64,000 nt of DNA from an uncultured delta proteobacterium (GTDB lineage Bacteria > Desulfobacterota > Desulfobacteria > Desulfobacterales > QNYZ01): NCBI GenBank assembly GCA_963845145.1, contig CAWJQU010000003.1, positions 224,001-288,000 of the forward strand, read 5' to 3'. The notes under the pieces were generated by a model. It had not been told where the DNA came from. It ran no database searches and worked only from the letters and a program-made list of their open reading frames with translations. How positions within the stretch are numbered: position 1 is the stretch's first letter; every line of letters begins with the position of its first letter. Made by a program: the position numbers and the translations under genes. Shown piece by piece: positions 1 to 9,571 of this stretch.

Positions 1-333
1 AGCTCGGCCAAGGAAGCCTTGGAAAAAATTGAAACTGAAATATTTGATGCCATTATTCTTGATTTCATGATGCCGGAAATGGACGGTCTTGAAACCATCA
101 AAGCGATTAAGTCAAAAAAAGATGAACTTCAGGTGATCCTCCTGTCCGGCCAGGCAACCCTTGAAAAAGGGGTCGAAGCCATGAAGCTGGGGGCTCTGGA
201 TGTCGTGGAGAAACCGGCCGACATGGAAACACTCGTAAGAAAAATAAAAAATGCCGAATCAAAACGAGCGCTTATCGTCGACAAGAAGACCCAGGAAAAT
301 GTTAAGGAAATGCTCAAACGCTATGGCGTATAG
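1..333 (+). CDS. Response regulator receiver protein (5' end runs off the window)
   Basis: REC motifs DAIILDFMMPEMDG, LSGQA, KP; the frame is open back to base 1 (SSAKEALEKIE). Confidence 0.9.
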   Translation, partial: SSAKEALEKIETEIFDAIILDFMMPEMDGLETIKAIKSKKDELQVILLSGQATLEKGVEAMKLGALDVVEKPADMETLVRKIKNAESKRALIVDKKTQENVKEMLKRYGV

Positions 334-459
334 GGTAACCGTAATCAAATAAAAATCCACCCCCAGAGGGGGTGGTATTAAGTTTACCCCTATAAGGGGG
401 TAAGCCTGTCTCTTGCCCCCTGAGGAGGCGAGATTAATTGTCCCCAATTTTGGCGATGC

Positions 460-879
460 TTATTTTTCTATCTTTTTCTCTTGTGCTTCTTGGTACTTAA
501 CATATTTCCGTATTCTATCGGCATCAAGGCCAACTGTATCAACACAGTAACCTCTGGCCCAAAAATGATTACCCCAATAGGGCTTTTTCTTTAAATTGCG
601 AAATCGATTGAATACACGTATTGCCGTACGTCCCTTGACGATGCCCATATAGTCAGATATCGAAACTTTCGGCGGTACCATTACCACTAAGTGGACATGG
701 TCAATCTGGACATTTAACTCAACGATTTCGCAATCTTTTTGTTCGCTAAACATCCTTATACCGTTTGTAACTTCTGTAGCGACAGCACCTTCGAGAATTC
801 TCAAACGATATTTGGGCGTCCAAACCATATGATACTGGCAATGCCAAATTGTATGTGATAACTTTCTGAATCGGCTCAT
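460..879 (-). CDS. tnpA: IS200/IS605 family transposase TnpA
   Basis: YHMVWTPKYR, HUH motif DHVH, FWARGY, catalytic YxxxQ (YVKYQ). Confidence 0.95.
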   Translation of the reverse strand: MSRFRKLSHTIWHCQYHMVWTPKYRLRILEGAVATEVTNGIRMFSEQKDCEIVELNVQIDHVHLVVMVPPKVSISDYMGIVKGRTAIRVFNRFRNLKKKPYWGNHFWARGYCVDTVGLDADRIRKYVKYQEAQEKKIEK

Positions 880-940
880 TTTTTACTCCTTTCCTATTAG
901 TTGTGGGGACAACTATAAGATGAAGTAACTTATGAGCCGA
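871..940 (-). promoter_or_regulatory. IS200 5'-UTR stem-loop sequestering the tnpA SD and start codon
   Basis: TCGGCTCAT (871-879) pairs with ATGAGCCGA (932-940); inner TAGTTGT/ACAACTA stem. Confidence 0.75.
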
Positions 941-1118
941 CTCTGTTCAACCGGCAGAGCCGTTGAACTCTGACCACCCCCCAAGGGGGTGGTTTTCTAT
1001 GATAGAAATAAAATGATCGTCTGTTTGGATTAGAAAAGCCGCAAATATTCGTTTTACCCGATGTTCGTCACTCACGAAACGGTATGAATCCAACCGTCAT
1101 CAGCAGCTTTGCTGAAGC

Positions 1119-1151
1119 AAAAAATGAAACCGGCGCCATAATCGGCGCCGG
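1119..1151 (-). terminator. Probable intrinsic terminator of the CBS gene
   Basis: CCGGCGCC/GGCGCCGG stem followed by a U-rich tract on the minus strand. Confidence 0.55.
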
Positions 1152-1252
1152 CATAAGCCAACCACTCATTACACCTTTTTTAAAATTCAGTTAGGGCCAT
1201 TTCTCAAAAATGTGACAGATTAAATGCCCCATGGGAGCAAAACAACTACGTG

Positions 1253-1816
1253 TTATCCATTTTCAATTTCACAGGTCTTGGCAAATTCGCAAAATTGGGC
1301 GAACACGTCGGTTAAACGTAAAATGCCGATGGTCTTGTCCCCTTTTTTCACAAGCAGGGATTGGTATTTGCCCAATACCATCATATGAATGGCATGATCC
1401 AGGGCCTCATTTTCATCAATGTATTCGCCCGATGTTGGCTTATACATAAAATATTTTACTTTTCTTCGGGCCGCCTTCACACAGATATCTTTGAGCGGTT
1501 GGTCCCATAAAGAATAATTATTGACCATCGCCTTTAAAAACTCCGGATTCAGGCCGGAACGGGAGATGCCCTCGATATCACCGATCTGTTCATATTTTGG
1601 CTCCAAGGCACTCAAAATACTCATCATATCGACTTTTCCCACCACATCACCCTCGCCATCCAGAATTAAAATCGCACGATGCCGATAACGGTTTGAATTA
1701 AACGTTTCATGGGATGCCTCCAATGCCAAAACAGCATCATACAGATCGGCATCCTGGGAAACAGTGGCATAATCCGACAACGGAACCATCATCTCTTTTA
1801 CCTTGATCAACTTCAA
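1253..1816 (-). CDS. CBS-domain protein
   Basis: Tandem CBS motifs (VKEMMVP...GDVVGKV; VKYFM...IGILRLTDV); TTG start at 1816 after SD AAAGGAGG. Confidence 0.85.
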   Translation of the reverse strand: MKLIKVKEMMVPLSDYATVSQDADLYDAVLALEASHETFNSNRYRHRAILILDGEGDVVGKVDMMSILSALEPKYEQIGDIEGISRSGLNPEFLKAMVNNYSLWDQPLKDICVKAARRKVKYFMYKPTSGEYIDENEALDHAIHMMVLGKYQSLLVKKGDKTIGILRLTDVFAQFCEFAKTCEIENG

Positions 1817-1986
1817 CGTTCCTCCTTTGGTTTCATGTGATGGGCAAAATCCGGGATTCATCTAATAAAATCCGGGTCGCACTATACAATCTTGGCCTTT
1901 AATACAGACTACTATTCATTTAGTAGTTAAATATAATGTTCAATAGATCTGAAATCAAGTAAAGGCATTTGGAGAATATGCAGCAT

Positions 1987-2211
1987 TTAGCGTCGTTTAA
2001 TTTCGGAAAGGAGATCATCCGTCATCTCTTTTAAAATCGTTAGCACATTTCGACCCCGCTTCCCCGCTATTTGGTGCGCTTCTGTGACCATCTGGGCTGC
2101 CTGGACACTCAACGTGATATCATCTGGTGCCTCAAGGCCTTGTTTTTCGTATTGCCGGCGAATAAAACGCTCGGCCAATCGCTCTTGTTGCTTTCGGAAA
2201 AAACCGATCAT
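1987..2211 (-). CDS. Small hypothetical protein
   Basis: 74 aa; its ATG overlaps the TGA of the frame-corrected holA (TTATGA). Confidence 0.7.
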   Translation of the reverse strand: MIGFFRKQQERLAERFIRRQYEKQGLEAPDDITLSVQAAQMVTEAHQIAGKRGRNVLTILKEMTDDLLSEIKRR

Positions 2212-3703
2212 AACGCTTCTGTTTTGGGGCTGTGACAGATTCGAATGACTAGGCGGCTCAACACCAGTTCCGGGTTTTTTTCGCCGCTTTTAAGCCGTCG
2301 GTCCGCCTCGTAAAGGGCTTTGAGGATGTCGGTTAATTCCTTTAAACTGAATTGGCAGGCATTCCCGATGAGTTTGTAGACGGGATAGGGGTTGGCGTTT
2401 CCAGCAGCCAGGTAAAGTCGCGTGGCCGGCGGTTTCGGACCCTTTTTTTTCTACCTTTTGGTGGGGGTTTGTCTTTATCCTGAGGCATGGGCTCTTCAAA
2501 GGCTCTTTTCCAGTCGGACAACATTTGGGACAATTCATCGTCGTAAGAATGAATCGCGGGCATCACACGCCGCTTGAAATCATTAAACCCTATTTTCACG
2601 TTCCAGGCCCGGCCATGTGAACTCGCGATGAAATCTCTGGCGATGATCAACTTGCGAACCTGATTGGATAACGCCGCAATGATTTGCAATGGATGCAGAT
2701 CCTGAGCCTGCATTGTCTTAAGATAAAAAAGGGCATTCCCCAGGTCCCGTTCACTGATCGCTCCGGTTAATTCGAAAACCGGGTCTACCCGCGAACGGTT
2801 TAAAACCGTTTCAACATCCGCCGGTCCGATCTGTTTGCGCTTCCCCACATAATCGACCAGCTTTTCCAGATTCCCGCAAAAAACCCGCAGCTGAAAACCG
2901 GTTTTTGCATACAATGCCTGAAAAGCAATCGGGTCCATCTGCTTGCCATGATCTTTTAAGATTGCGGCCATGCGCTCTTTTAACACAGAGGTTTGAATGT
3001 CTTTTTCCGCTTTTCGTGAGCCTTGAGGAACAACACAGTCAACCACGATCCCATTGGCCTCAATCACCTTATACAATCGACGACGACGGTCGATTAAATC
3101 AGTGTTAATGATCAGATGATGGTTTTCGGGAAATCCTTGCGAGATAGCATCTTCCATCATTTGGGCAGGCGCCTTGTTTTGGGGTACGGTCAGACCGTTT
3201 TGACGACAATAATCCAGGACCGGATTGAGCCAGCCGCCATCATCTTCAGCGCTTAATTTCAACAGCTGCCGCCGGGATTTCCCTGTCACGCTATCCCCCG
3301 TGACATCGTCCAAAGAAAGATTTAACGCGGAGAGCAGACGGATAAATTGCGGCCCGGCCTTTTTAAGGTCATCATCACCAATGGCCGTTTGGACTTTTAA
3401 TATCAGATTCGATGTGGTTTTAGGCGAATCAAATACCCGACAGTCGAGCATGGCCACAACTTTTGATCCGGCAATAAACGAGTAGGTGTTGATTTTTTCC
3501 AAGGCGACCACAACCTGATTGTCCGCATGTCCCACCGGTTCATAATTCATTCGATCCTTGGGGTCGGGCAGCAAGGCCGCTAGAATGGCATCCAAAGCCT
3601 GGGTGCATAAAAATTCTTCACCATGAACAAGCCAAAGGGAATTCAATGGTTTATCGGTGTTTCGAAGATGCTGGTTTAGTTTTTGAAAACCGATGACAGG
3701 CAT
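2208..3703 (-). CDS. holA: DNA polymerase III delta subunit, frameshifted at the A8 run (2443-2450)
   Basis: WLVHGEEFL, LEKLVDYVG, VFELTGAI; the conserved C-terminus PYPVYKL...LYEADRRLKSG lies in the -1 frame and ends at 2208. Confidence 0.85.
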
Positions 3704-3714
3704 GGATTCTAAAG

Positions 3715-4245
3715 CTATCGCCAGTTGTCCGGCATTTTGCTAAAGACAAGATGGGCAATAAAAATGATGACCCCGACGGTAATGGCGCTGTCGGCCACGT
3801 TAAAGCTCGGCCACTGATACTTGCCAATATAAAATTTTAGAAAATCGACCACCTCTCCATATCGAATACGATCAATCAGGTTGCCGATGGCGCCGCCGAA
3901 AATTAGAGCAAGACCAAAAGAGAGCCATGCATGCGAACGTGGAATGGATCGGTAGAGCAAAAGAATCATAACAATGGCGACCGATGTCAGCACTAAGAAA
4001 AAGAACTGTCGCAGCCATTCGCTTTTGTGAGCAAAAAAACCGAAGGCGCCCCCCGGGTTGTGAACATGGGTTAAATCGAAAAATCCGGGGATGATGGGAA
4101 CCGAATCAAATAACGGAATATGTGACCATACGGCTGCTTTCGACACCTGATCAAGCAGTACCACAAGCCCGGCAAAAACAAACAACCGGATGTAGCGCCC
4201 CTTTTGGAAAGGGATGGCCGCCGCCTTACCCATTCGATTCCTCAC
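3715..4245 (-). CDS. lspA: Lipoprotein signal peptidase II
   Basis: DQVSK, NPGGAFG, GAIGNLIDR, VVDF, FNVADSAI; downstream of ileS. Confidence 0.97.
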   Translation of the reverse strand: MRNRMGKAAAIPFQKGRYIRLFVFAGLVVLLDQVSKAAVWSHIPLFDSVPIIPGFFDLTHVHNPGGAFGFFAHKSEWLRQFFFLVLTSVAIVMILLLYRSIPRSHAWLSFGLALIFGGAIGNLIDRIRYGEVVDFLKFYIGKYQWPSFNVADSAITVGVIIFIAHLVFSKMPDNWR

Positions 4246-4267
4246 ACTGATTATTATTCATCGGTAA

Positions 4268-7069
4268 TCAGGAGGCCAGTTCAGCCACAGCTTTACCACA
4301 TCGATGACAAATCGTCGGATGGTCCGAAATTGATCCCACGCTGGGCTCACGGATCCAACAGCGGTCACATTTTTCTCCTTGGGCCGACATCACCTGAACG
4401 AACAACCCCTCCACGTTCGGGCTCGAATAGGCATCCGGTGTTGGTTCAGCTGTACTCAATTCAGCCTGAGAAGTAATAAAGACCGTCTTTAATTCATCGG
4501 CATACGGAAGCAGTTCGCGGTGAAGGTCGTCCGGGGCCGAAATCACGATCCGGGCATCCAGGGGGTGTCCGATCTTCTTTTCCGCCCTGGCAATCTCAAG
4601 CGCCTTGGCCACTTCTTCCCGTACCATTAAAATCCTTTGCCATTTTTCGGCCAACTCCGAATCGGTCCAATCAGGATTGCCCTGAGGAAACAATTCGTTA
4701 TGAATGCTGGTGGTTTTATCCCGGTTTGCGGGCAAATAACGCCAGATCTCTTCAGCCGTAAACACCATAATGGGTGCCATGATTCTGACCAGTGCATCCA
4801 GAATCGCATGGAGCACGGTTTGGGCGCTGCGTCGGGCTTGTGCGGCCGGTGGCGAGGTATAAAGCCTATCTTTTAAAATATCCAGATAAAATGAGGAGAG
4901 ATCCACCGTGCAATAGTTGTAAATCGCATGGTAAACACCGTGGAATTCATAGTCTTTATAGGACTGCCGGCATCGTTCGATTAAGCGGTTTAAGGTATGC
5001 AGGGCAAATCGATCCAGTTCCGGCATCTGCTCAAAAGCCACGGCATCGGCCTGGTCATCGAAATCCGAACAATTGCCGAGTATAAACCGGCATGTGTTTC
5101 TGATTTTGCGGTAGGCATCGGTCAATTGTTGCAAAATATTATCCGAGATGCGGATATCATCCCGATAATCGGTAGCCGTCACCCATAACCTCAGAATCTC
5201 GGCCCCATATTTTTTAATCACTTCACCGGGCGCCACGACATTGCCCAGGGATTTGGACATTTTTTTTCCCTTGGCATCCACCACAAACCCATGCGTAAGA
5301 ACCGCTTTGTAAGGTGCACGCCCCCGTAACCCAACAGACGTCAGCAGCGAGCTATGAAACCAACCCCGATGCTGATCACTGCCTTCCAGGTAAAGATCCG
5401 CCGGCCACTTGAGGTAATCACGGGTTTCCAGAACCGCCGCATGGCTGACCCCCGAGTCGAACCAGACGTCCAGAATATCGTTCTCTTTGACAAGGGTGTC
5501 ATGGCCACAGTGGGTACACATCGGTTGATCACCGAGCAGTTCCGTGGCTTGCGTTTCAAACCAGATATCAGCACCATGCTCCGCGAACATGCCATGAATC
5601 TTTTCCATCAAAGCTTCGGTCATATGCGGCTTGCCGCAATTGTCACAATAAAAGACGGTGATGGGCACTCCCCAGGTGCGTTGACGCGACACGCACCAGT
5701 CGGGACGATTTTCAATCATCCCGTAAATGCGGTCCTTGCCCCAATGGGGTATCCATTGTACTTTTTCGATTTCATTTAACGACTTTTGACGCAGGCCGGT
5801 TTTCTCCATGGAGATGAACCACTGGGGGGTGGCCCGATAAATCACCGGTTTCTTGCACCGCCAGCAATGGGGGTAGGAATGGGTCAGCGTCTCTTCCTTG
5901 ACCAGCGCATCGACCTCGCCAAGCTTGGCATTAATACTTGAATTGGCATCAAATACAAACTGCCCGCTGAAATATTCAACCTTTTCGGTAAAGCGTCCCT
6001 CATCATCCACCGGCGAGTAGGTGTCTATGCCGTAAGCGATACCCGATTCGTAATCCTCGCGGCCGTGCCCCGGTGCGGTGTGAACACAACCGGTACCGGC
6101 TTCCAGCGTGACATGACCGCCCAGGATGATCAGCGAATCCCGTTCATAAAAAGGATGCTGACAATGCATTTTTTCCAGGTCGGTAGCCTCAATTTCGGCC
6201 AGCACCGAGTAGCCGTCCATGCCAAAGGCGTTCATGCAGGTGTCCACCAGGTCGCGCGCCATGACAAAGACATCACCGGTCGATGTTTCAACGGCAGTGT
6301 AAACAAACTGCGGATTCAGGGCGACAGCCAGATTCGCCGGCAAAGTCCAGGGGGTGGTGGTCCAGATAACCAAAAACACTTTTTTCCCCGCTAAAGCCGG
6401 AATTTTATCACCGATGTCATCTTTTAAGGCAAATTTGACATAGATGCTAGGGGTTGTTGCGTCATGGTATTCGATTTCCGCTTCGGCCAACGCAGTCTGG
6501 CAGCTGGAACACCAATAAATCGGTTTTTCACTGCGGTAGAGGCTCCCTTCCAAAGCAAATTTACAACATTCCGCGGCGATGACGGCCTCATATGAATAAT
6601 TCATTGTCAAATAGGGACGCTCCCATTCCCCCATGACACCCAGGCGTTTGAACTCTTTGCGCTGAATATCGATAAACTTCTCCGCGTAAGTCCGGCAGCG
6701 TTTACGGACCTGGGCCTGGGTCATGCCCTTTTTCTTCTCTTTCAGTTCCTTGTCGACATTATGCTCAATGGGCAACCCGTGGCAGTCCCATCCGGGCACA
6801 TAGACCGCATCGTATCCTTCCATCTGGCGGGAACGAACGATTATGTCTTTTAAAATTTTGTTTAAGGCCGTGCCGATGTGGATGTTGCCGTTGGCATACG
6901 GAGGGCCGTCATGCAAAATAAACCGCTCTTTTTCGACGGAATCCGCTCTTATCGTCTCATAAAGATGGGTAGACTCCCAGGCCTTCAGCTGCTCTGGTTC
7001 ACGCTGGGATAGATTGGCCTTCATGGGGAACTTGGTTGAGGGCAGGTTCAAGGTTTTCTTATAGTTCAT
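4268..7069 (-). CDS. ileS: Isoleucine--tRNA ligase
   Basis: [30 protein letters not shown]-terminal zinc finger. Confidence 0.99.
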   Translation of the reverse strand: MNYKKTLNLPSTKFPMKANLSQREPEQLKAWESTHLYETIRADSVEKERFILHDGPPYANGNIHIGTALNKILKDIIVRSRQMEGYDAVYVPGWDCHGLPIEHNVDKELKEKKKGMTQAQVRKRCRTYAEKFIDIQRKEFKRLGVMGEWERPYLTMNYSYEAVIAAECCKFALEGSLYRSEKPIYWCSSCQTALAEAEIEYHDATTPSIYVKFALKDDIGDKIPALAGKKVFLVIWTTTPWTLPANLAVALNPQFVYTAVETSTGDVFVMARDLVDTCMNAFGMDGYSVLAEIEATDLEKMHCQHPFYERDSLIILGGHVTLEAGTGCVHTAPGHGREDYESGIAYGIDTYSPVDDEGRFTEKVEYFSGQFVFDANSSINAKLGEVDALVKEETLTHSYPHCWRCKKPVIYRATPQWFISMEKTGLRQKSLNEIEKVQWIPHWGKDRIYGMIENRPDWCVSRQRTWGVPITVFYCDNCGKPHMTEALMEKIHGMFAEHGADIWFETQATELLGDQPMCTHCGHDTLVKENDILDVWFDSGVSHAAVLETRDYLKWPADLYLEGSDQHRGWFHSSLLTSVGLRGRAPYKAVLTHGFVVDAKGKKMSKSLGNVVAPGEVIKKYGAEILRLWVTATDYRDDIRISDNILQQLTDAYRKIRNTCRFILGNCSDFDDQADAVAFEQMPELDRFALHTLNRLIERCRQSYKDYEFHGVYHAIYNYCTVDLSSFYLDILKDRLYTSPPAAQARRSAQTVLHAILDALVRIMAPIMVFTAEEIWRYLPANRDKTTSIHNELFPQGNPDWTDSELAEKWQRILMVREEVAKALEIARAEKKIGHPLDARIVISAPDDLHRELLPYADELKTVFITSQAELSTAEPTPDAYSSPNVEGLFVQVMSAQGEKCDRCWIREPSVGSISDHPTICHRCGKAVAELAS

Positions 7070-7174
7070 ATTTCCTCCGACGAATGGAAAGGGGACCCTC
7101 TATAGCGGCCCCCATTCGCCTGAATATTTTAATATCAGTTTGTTGTTATTTATCTATCACTTTAGCACGACGCC

Positions 7175-7808
7175 CTATTTCTCAACAAAGAAATGCGCCC
7201 GCCGATTTTTGGCCCAGGCGGATTCGCTTGAGCTAGGATCAAGGGGATTTTCTTCGCCGTAACTGATGGTTCGAATTCGACCCGTATCCACGCCCAACTC
7301 CGTTAAAAACGTGCGGACACTCTCCGCCCGGCGATCCCCCAAAGCCAAATTATAGGCACCGGTTCCGCGCTCATCCGTATGGCCTTCGATGACGACATTG
7401 GCACCGGGATTATTCCGCAACCACTCGGCTTTTTCCATCAGTAGCGACTGGCCGTCGGGAAGCAGGGCTGCGCTATCATAATCAAAAAAGATATCATCAT
7501 TTTCAAATTTTTCACGAGCCATGCGGGCTTCACTAGTCTCATTGGCACCGGCGCCACCAGCGGTGTCATCCAGTCCACCCTCGGAAACGCTCGAGCCGTC
7601 ACCGGAAGCATCCTGCCCCATCGCCCTGCCCGGTGCTCTGGGATCCGCTACCACCAGTGGCTTGGTCGCCCGAACGCTTTAATGATGGGTAATCCGATCG
7701 AATTTTCTTTGTACAAGCTCCCATAAACAGCAAGCCGATTATCGCTATGAAAATCATTGAAAATTGAATCCAGTTTCTGCCAACATTTACATGGGCATCT
7801 TGTCGCAT
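7175..7808 (-). CDS. pal: Peptidoglycan-associated lipoprotein, split by a +1 frameshift near 7600-7650
   Basis: Lipobox-like LFMGAC in ORF 7599-7808; OmpA-like domain (FFDYDS, EGHTDERG, YNLALGDRRA, KNRRA) in ORF 7175-7654. Confidence 0.88.
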
Positions 7809-7843
7809 TATTTCCCCCTTTATCGAATTTTTCTATAATCGAA

Positions 7844-8125
7844 TTATCTCTTTGATGGGTCTAAATGGGTATCTAATTGACGTAGCCGGTCCACACGATT
7901 CTGTGTGCATAATAATTCAACCCACTCTTCAAACAATAGAACCATTTGGTTCCCAAAACGTTTGCCTATTCGCATCTTCACTCGCGTCAAGGCCTCAGCA
8001 AGCTCAGGCTGATTGGGATTGTCCGCAATCAAATGGCGATAGATCGTAAGCGCTTCAGCATAGTTTCCCTGATCTTCAAGTACTTTCGCCATGGTTGCCG
8101 TGTATATGGACGATGCGTTTTCCAT
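7844..8125 (-). CDS. TPR-like small protein
   Basis: MAKVLEDQGNYAEALTIYRHLI helix pair; coupled to the upstream gene. Confidence 0.7.
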   Translation of the reverse strand: MENASSIYTATMAKVLEDQGNYAEALTIYRHLIADNPNQPELAEALTRVKMRIGKRFGNQMVLLFEEWVELLCTQNRVDRLRQLDTHLDPSKR

Positions 8126-8457
8126 TATTTCTCGGATTTCTTATCGTTAGCGGTGCGATGGTCAAGCGGAGGCATTTTTATAATCAATTCACCATCTCCC
8201 ACCACACCCAGTTCCTGCCGAACGATATTTTCAATGTATTGACGATCATTTTTTAGACGATAAATTTTGCGTGCCAATGCCTGATTTTCAGCAGCGAGTT
8301 CAGCATTGGCAACCTTTACCCCGACCATCTCACGATGCAATTTGAGCAGGTCCATTAAACCCCACTCGCCAAATACTCCCATCAGCAGCAGGAAAACCAG
8401 GCCGAAAGCGGCGAAAAACAACAGGAGATTACCGGATTGCCTTTTCCCCTTTTTCAT
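8125..8457 (-). CDS. ftsB: Septum formation initiator (FtsB/DivIC family)
   Basis: Single TM helix, coiled coil, YIENIVRQELGVV..GE motif. Confidence 0.85.
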   Translation of the reverse strand: MKKGKRQSGNLLLFFAAFGLVFLLLMGVFGEWGLMDLLKLHREMVGVKVANAELAAENQALARKIYRLKNDRQYIENIVRQELGVVGDGELIIKMPPLDHRTANDKKSEK

Positions 8458-8621
8458 TCGCTTGGCCCCTTAACACGTGTCATCGGTAGTTTCAATCAAT
8501 TTGCGTAAAAAACCTTGACATTGATCGTCCAAATTGTCATTTTACACGTTTAAGCAGTTTTGTATAAAGCGTGTAAATAAATTATCTCGAATTTTGAAGT
8601 CAAAAATAAGGAGAATGACCA

Positions 8622-8888
8622 TTGGCAAACCATCAGTCAGCTATTAAACGGGCCCGCCAGAATACCGTCCGTCAAAATCGTAACAAATCAGTTAAAACCA
8701 GAACAAAAAGTGCCGTAAAATCCGTTCGCGCCGCTGTTGTTGAAAATAATTCAACGTTAGCCGGCGAAAAACTGCAAATGGCCCAAAGCTTGATTCACAA
8801 GGCGGCCAAAAAAGGTGTTATTCACAAAAACACCGCATCCCGCAAAATTTCACGCCTTTCCAAACTGGTCGAGACACTTGGCGCCTAA
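8622..8888 (+). CDS. rpsT: 30S ribosomal protein S20
   Basis: ANHQSAIKRARQ, KGVIHKNTASRKISRL; SD AAGGAG. Confidence 0.98.
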   Translation: MANHQSAIKRARQNTVRQNRNKSVKTRTKSAVKSVRAAVVENNSTLAGEKLQMAQSLIHKAAKKGVIHKNTASRKISRLSKLVETLGA

Positions 8889-8956
8889 GGGTGCCGGATT
8901 ACCTCCAAATTGAGCTAAATAAGTCCTGTTAACCCTTTTGAAAAATAACCGGTTGT

Positions 8957-9481
8957 TTAAAAATCATCCATCAACCGGTTATATATTTTTTCCGACAGGC
9001 GAACAGAGAGCTCCCTGATGGCCTCCTGGCGATTGACCTCGGCCACCGTACTGTCAGCCCCAACATCATAATTCTCCCGGGAGGTTATGCCCCGCGTGGT
9101 CCAAACCACCTGCTCCTTTTGATCGATCAGCTTGACATCCACCACCACGACAACCTCCCTCTCTATCGAACCACCCGCTTCGGTCTGGGTAATGGTTCGG
9201 GTCAGAATGGATACGATATTGCCCAGCAGGCGTCCGTCGGCAGTGGTGTCGTCCTTGGCCAGTGATTTTTTCCGACGAATGAGGAATTCATTGGTTAAAT
9301 CATTGGTTAGAATATTTTCAAGACCGATCTCATTGGTCAGATTGTCGAACAACGGAATCGATACGGCCCGAATTCCCCCGGGGATCTCTCCGCCGCCGGG
9401 AAACCGATATCCGCAGGCACAAATTAAAAGGCTTGCAAAGACCAGCAGCCCTATTCGCCAATGATTGGTTATCTTTGTCAT
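8957..9481 (-). CDS. lptE: LPS assembly lipoprotein LptE family
   Basis: Lipobox CACGYRF; conserved position downstream of leuS. Confidence 0.85.
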   Translation of the reverse strand: MTKITNHWRIGLLVFASLLICACGYRFPGGGEIPGGIRAVSIPLFDNLTNEIGLENILTNDLTNEFLIRRKKSLAKDDTTADGRLLGNIVSILTRTITQTEAGGSIEREVVVVVDVKLIDQKEQVVWTTRGITSRENYDVGADSTVAEVNRQEAIRELSVRLSEKIYNRLMDDF

Positions 9482-9486
9482 CGTGT

Positions 9487-9552
9487 CATCCTTGAAAACA
9501 GGCGATCCATATCCTTAAAACAAGCGACCCCCATCCTTAAAACAGGAGATAC
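9487..9552. repeat. Three imperfect ~22-bp tandem repeats between leuS and lptE
   Basis: CATCCTTGAAAACAGGCGATCCA / TATCCTTAAAACAAGCGACCCC / CATCCTTAAAACAGGAGATAC. Confidence 0.7.
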
Positions 9553-9571
9553 GGCCAGGTACCATATCCGG

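Larger units (their letters stand above)
350..1000 (-). mobile_element. IS200/IS605-family element (tnpA only, IS200-like)
   Basis: Y1 transposase flanked by near-identical subterminal hairpins CCACCCCC-AGA-GGGGGTGG (357-375) and CCACCCCC-CAA-GGGGGTGG (974-992); exact ends approximate. Confidence 0.85.

Noticed and set aside
2290..2538. 82-aa ORF as the holA continuation
   Set aside because: Wrong frame; the conserved tail is in the third frame, ending at 2208.
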